A stretch of 64,000 nucleotides of DNA. Source: an uncultured Verrucomicrobiae bacterium (GTDB taxonomy: Bacteria > Verrucomicrobiota > Verrucomicrobiia > Chthoniobacterales > UBA10450). Positions 61,786 through 64,000 of this stretch are shown piece after piece (position 1 is the first letter of the stretch; every line of letters begins with the position of its first letter). Made by a program: the position numbers and the translations under genes. The stretch spans positions 192,001 to 256,000 of the forward strand of contig CAWDGJ010000003.1 of NCBI GenBank assembly GCA_963801815.1, read 5' to 3'. The notes under the pieces were generated by a model. The model did no database searches and was not told the origin of the DNA. It saw nothing but the letters and a program-made list of their open reading frames with translations.

Positions 61786-63036
61786 ATGAATTGATCGAAG
61801 AGTTGTAATCACCGGCATGGGCGTCGTCACGCCGGTCGGCAACGATTTCGAGACGTTTTGGACAGCACTCAAGGAAGGCATGAGCGGCATTGGCCGGATC
61901 ACTGCGTTCGATATTTCGCAGTACGACTGCCAGATCGCCGGCGAAGTCCGCAATTTCGATCCGAAGCCATATTTCAAGAATCCGAAGGACATTCGGCGGA
62001 CCGATCGATTCGCCCAGCTGGCCATGGGCGCGGCCAAAATGGCGATGCAGGACAGCGGCGTCGATTTGGAAAAAGTAAATCGCGATCGCTTCGGTACGAT
62101 TATCAGCAGCGGCATCGGCGGACTGAAAACGCTCGAGGATCAGTTCACCATTCTGATGAACAAAGGTCCGTCGCGCACCTCGCCGTTCACGATTCCGATG
62201 CTGATCAGCAACATGGCCAGCGGCGTCATCTCGATGGAGTTCGGATTGCGCGGTCCGAACCTGTGCATCGTCACCGCCTGCGCGACTTCGAACAACGCGA
62301 TCGGCGAATCGTGGCGCATGATCAAATTCGGCGACGCCGATATTTTTCTGGCCGGCGGCTCCGAAGCCTCCATCGTCGAACTCGGTCTCGCCGGATTTTC
62401 CTCCATGAGAGCGCTCAGCCGTCGCAACGACGAACCGGAACGCGCGTCGCGTCCGTTCGATCGGGATCGGGACGGTTTCGTGATGAGCGAAGGCGCCGGC
62501 GTTTGCGTGGTCGAAGAGCTCGAGCACGCGAAGAAGCGCGGCGCGAAAATTTATTGCGAGCTCACTGGCTACGGACTTACCGCCGATGCTTATCACATGA
62601 CTGCGCCGCCGGATGATGGCGAAGGCGCGGCGCGCGCGATGAAAATGGCGCTCGATCACGCGAAGCTTTCGCCGAGCGATGTCGATTACATCAATGCCCA
62701 CGCGACTTCGACCGGACTCGGCGACATTGCCGAAACCAAGGCGATCAAGAAGGTTTTCGGCGACCAAACGGCAAGAAGTTTCCGATCAGCGCGACCAAAT
62801 CGATGACCGGCCACTTGTTAGGCGGCGCCGGCGCGGTGGAAATGGCCGCCTGCGCCCTGGCGATCCGCGACGGAGTTATTCCGCCGACAATCAATCTGGA
62901 ACATCCGGACGAGCTCTGCGATCTCGATTACACGCCGAACAAAGCGCGCGAGAAAAAGGTCCGCGTCGCGCTCAACAATTCATTCGGCTTCGGCGGTCAC
63001 AACGCCACTTTAGTTGCGACAGCGTTTGACGGTTAG
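61786..63036 (+). CDS. fabF: Beta-ketoacyl-ACP synthase II (apparent indels near 61790 and 62775)
   Basis: [49 protein letters not shown]. Confidence 0.95.
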
Positions 63037-63308
63037 CACTTTATCACGTGCGCGAAGTCGCTCCGATAGTCTTAGCCATCGCTTGGCTCATTATTGGCAT
63101 TACCGCGCTTGTTACTGGCTAAAGTTTTTGTTCACTACGCGTTCGGCTTACATGACCACACACCTGCGGATCCGTGGTTGCGACTGGCATTAAAAAACGG
63201 CAATTTATCCGCGCGCAGTTACGCCAAGCAGTGGTAAATAGCGCAGCCGACGGAATAGGCGCGCTTTGCGGAAGGAACCGTCGTTACCAAAAACCGGCGA
63301 TTGAAGCC

Positions 63309-64000
63309 TCACTTCTCCGGATTTACCGGGAAGTGTTTGTTTTTCAGGTTTTCGGGAACGCGCTTGGTCTGTTCGGCTTCGATTTGTTCTTTCGCCGCCG
63401 ACTAGCGACTCGAGCGCTTCGCGGCTCTTCTTCGCGCGACACATGTAAGCGGTCGCGTGGGCGAGCGGAATCTGCGCTTCGGGCATTCCGACAAATTCGA
63501 CTGCCTGTTGCGTCGCGATCGCGAGCGGCAATGCTTCGGCATCTGCCAGTCCAACATCTTCACTCGCGAAAATTACGATGCGCCGCGCGATGAAACGAAA
63601 GTCTTCGCCGGCGTGCAGCATTTTCGCGAGCCAGTACATCGCGCCTTTTTCGTCCGACCCGCGCATGCTCTTGATGAACGCGCTGATCGTGTCGTAGTGC
63701 GCGTCGCCCGCGCGATCGTAGACGACCGCTTTCTGCTGAATGCTTTCCTCGGCGACCGCGAGGGTGAAATGAATCAGGCCTTGTTCTGCTGCTGGCGGCG
63801 CTGACCTGTCGAGCCCGTCGAACGGGTCGCGTCGTTGTTTTCGCGCGATCATGGATCGACGACTACGGAGGTCATTCCTCAGTTGGCGGCGTGGTCAGCA
63901 CGCCGATCTCGAGCGCGTTCAAACATTTCCGCGCGTCGCCGTCGCTCAGTTTGGCGAGGTGCGTTCTCGCATCGTCGTCCATCTTCACGTTGTAATTTCC
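63309..64000 (-). CDS. rarA: Replication-associated recombination protein A, 3' part (truncated by window; apparent frameshifts)
   Basis: SDGDARKCLNALE, YDRAGDAHYDTISAFIKSMRGSD, ASEDVGLAD, VGMPEAQIPL. Confidence 0.92.

Noticed and set aside
63048..63237. Small hydrophobic ORF after fabF (VREVAPIVLAIAWLIIGITALVTG...)
   Set aside because: Stops after 24 codons unless an indel is assumed; no recognisable family

Overview
Chromosomal segment of a moderately GC-rich bacterium. Gene content and order suggest a soil Verrucomicrobiota member (Chthoniobacterales / Ca. Udaeobacter-like); this is inference from the murC-murB fusion, LysM gene in dcw, GuaB3 and divergent FtsZ. Left to right: (1) at least five tandem ADOP/MacB-type ABC permeases with no ATPase in the window; (2) a class IV aminotransferase with a sulfotransferase-fold partner; (3) an ion-homeostasis region with a KUP/KimA-like USP-fused transporter, an IT-family antiporter, a kdp operon (two paralogous micro-ORFs, kdpFABC, an outer-membrane barrel, kdpDE) and a fluoride-riboswitch operon (crcB, DUF190, cation/H+ antiporter, hypothetical); (4) a mirror-arranged cassette of two Cys-His amidase-like and two 3D-domain secreted proteins; (5) Tat-exported oxidoreductases with an NTT/TLC-like transporter, cupin, two M20 hydrolases and a family B DNA polymerase; (6) the full dcw cluster, mraZ to ftsZ; (7) exbB-exbD-tonB-like genes, guaB3, fabF and partial rarA. 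About 34-46 kb, 56.6-58 kb and 60.6-64 kb carry many single-base indels in essential genes, most likely sequencing/assembly errors, so coordinates there are approximate. Several short palindromic repeat families occur between genes and as short insertions inside proteins. No rRNA, tRNA, CRISPR array or transposase was seen.
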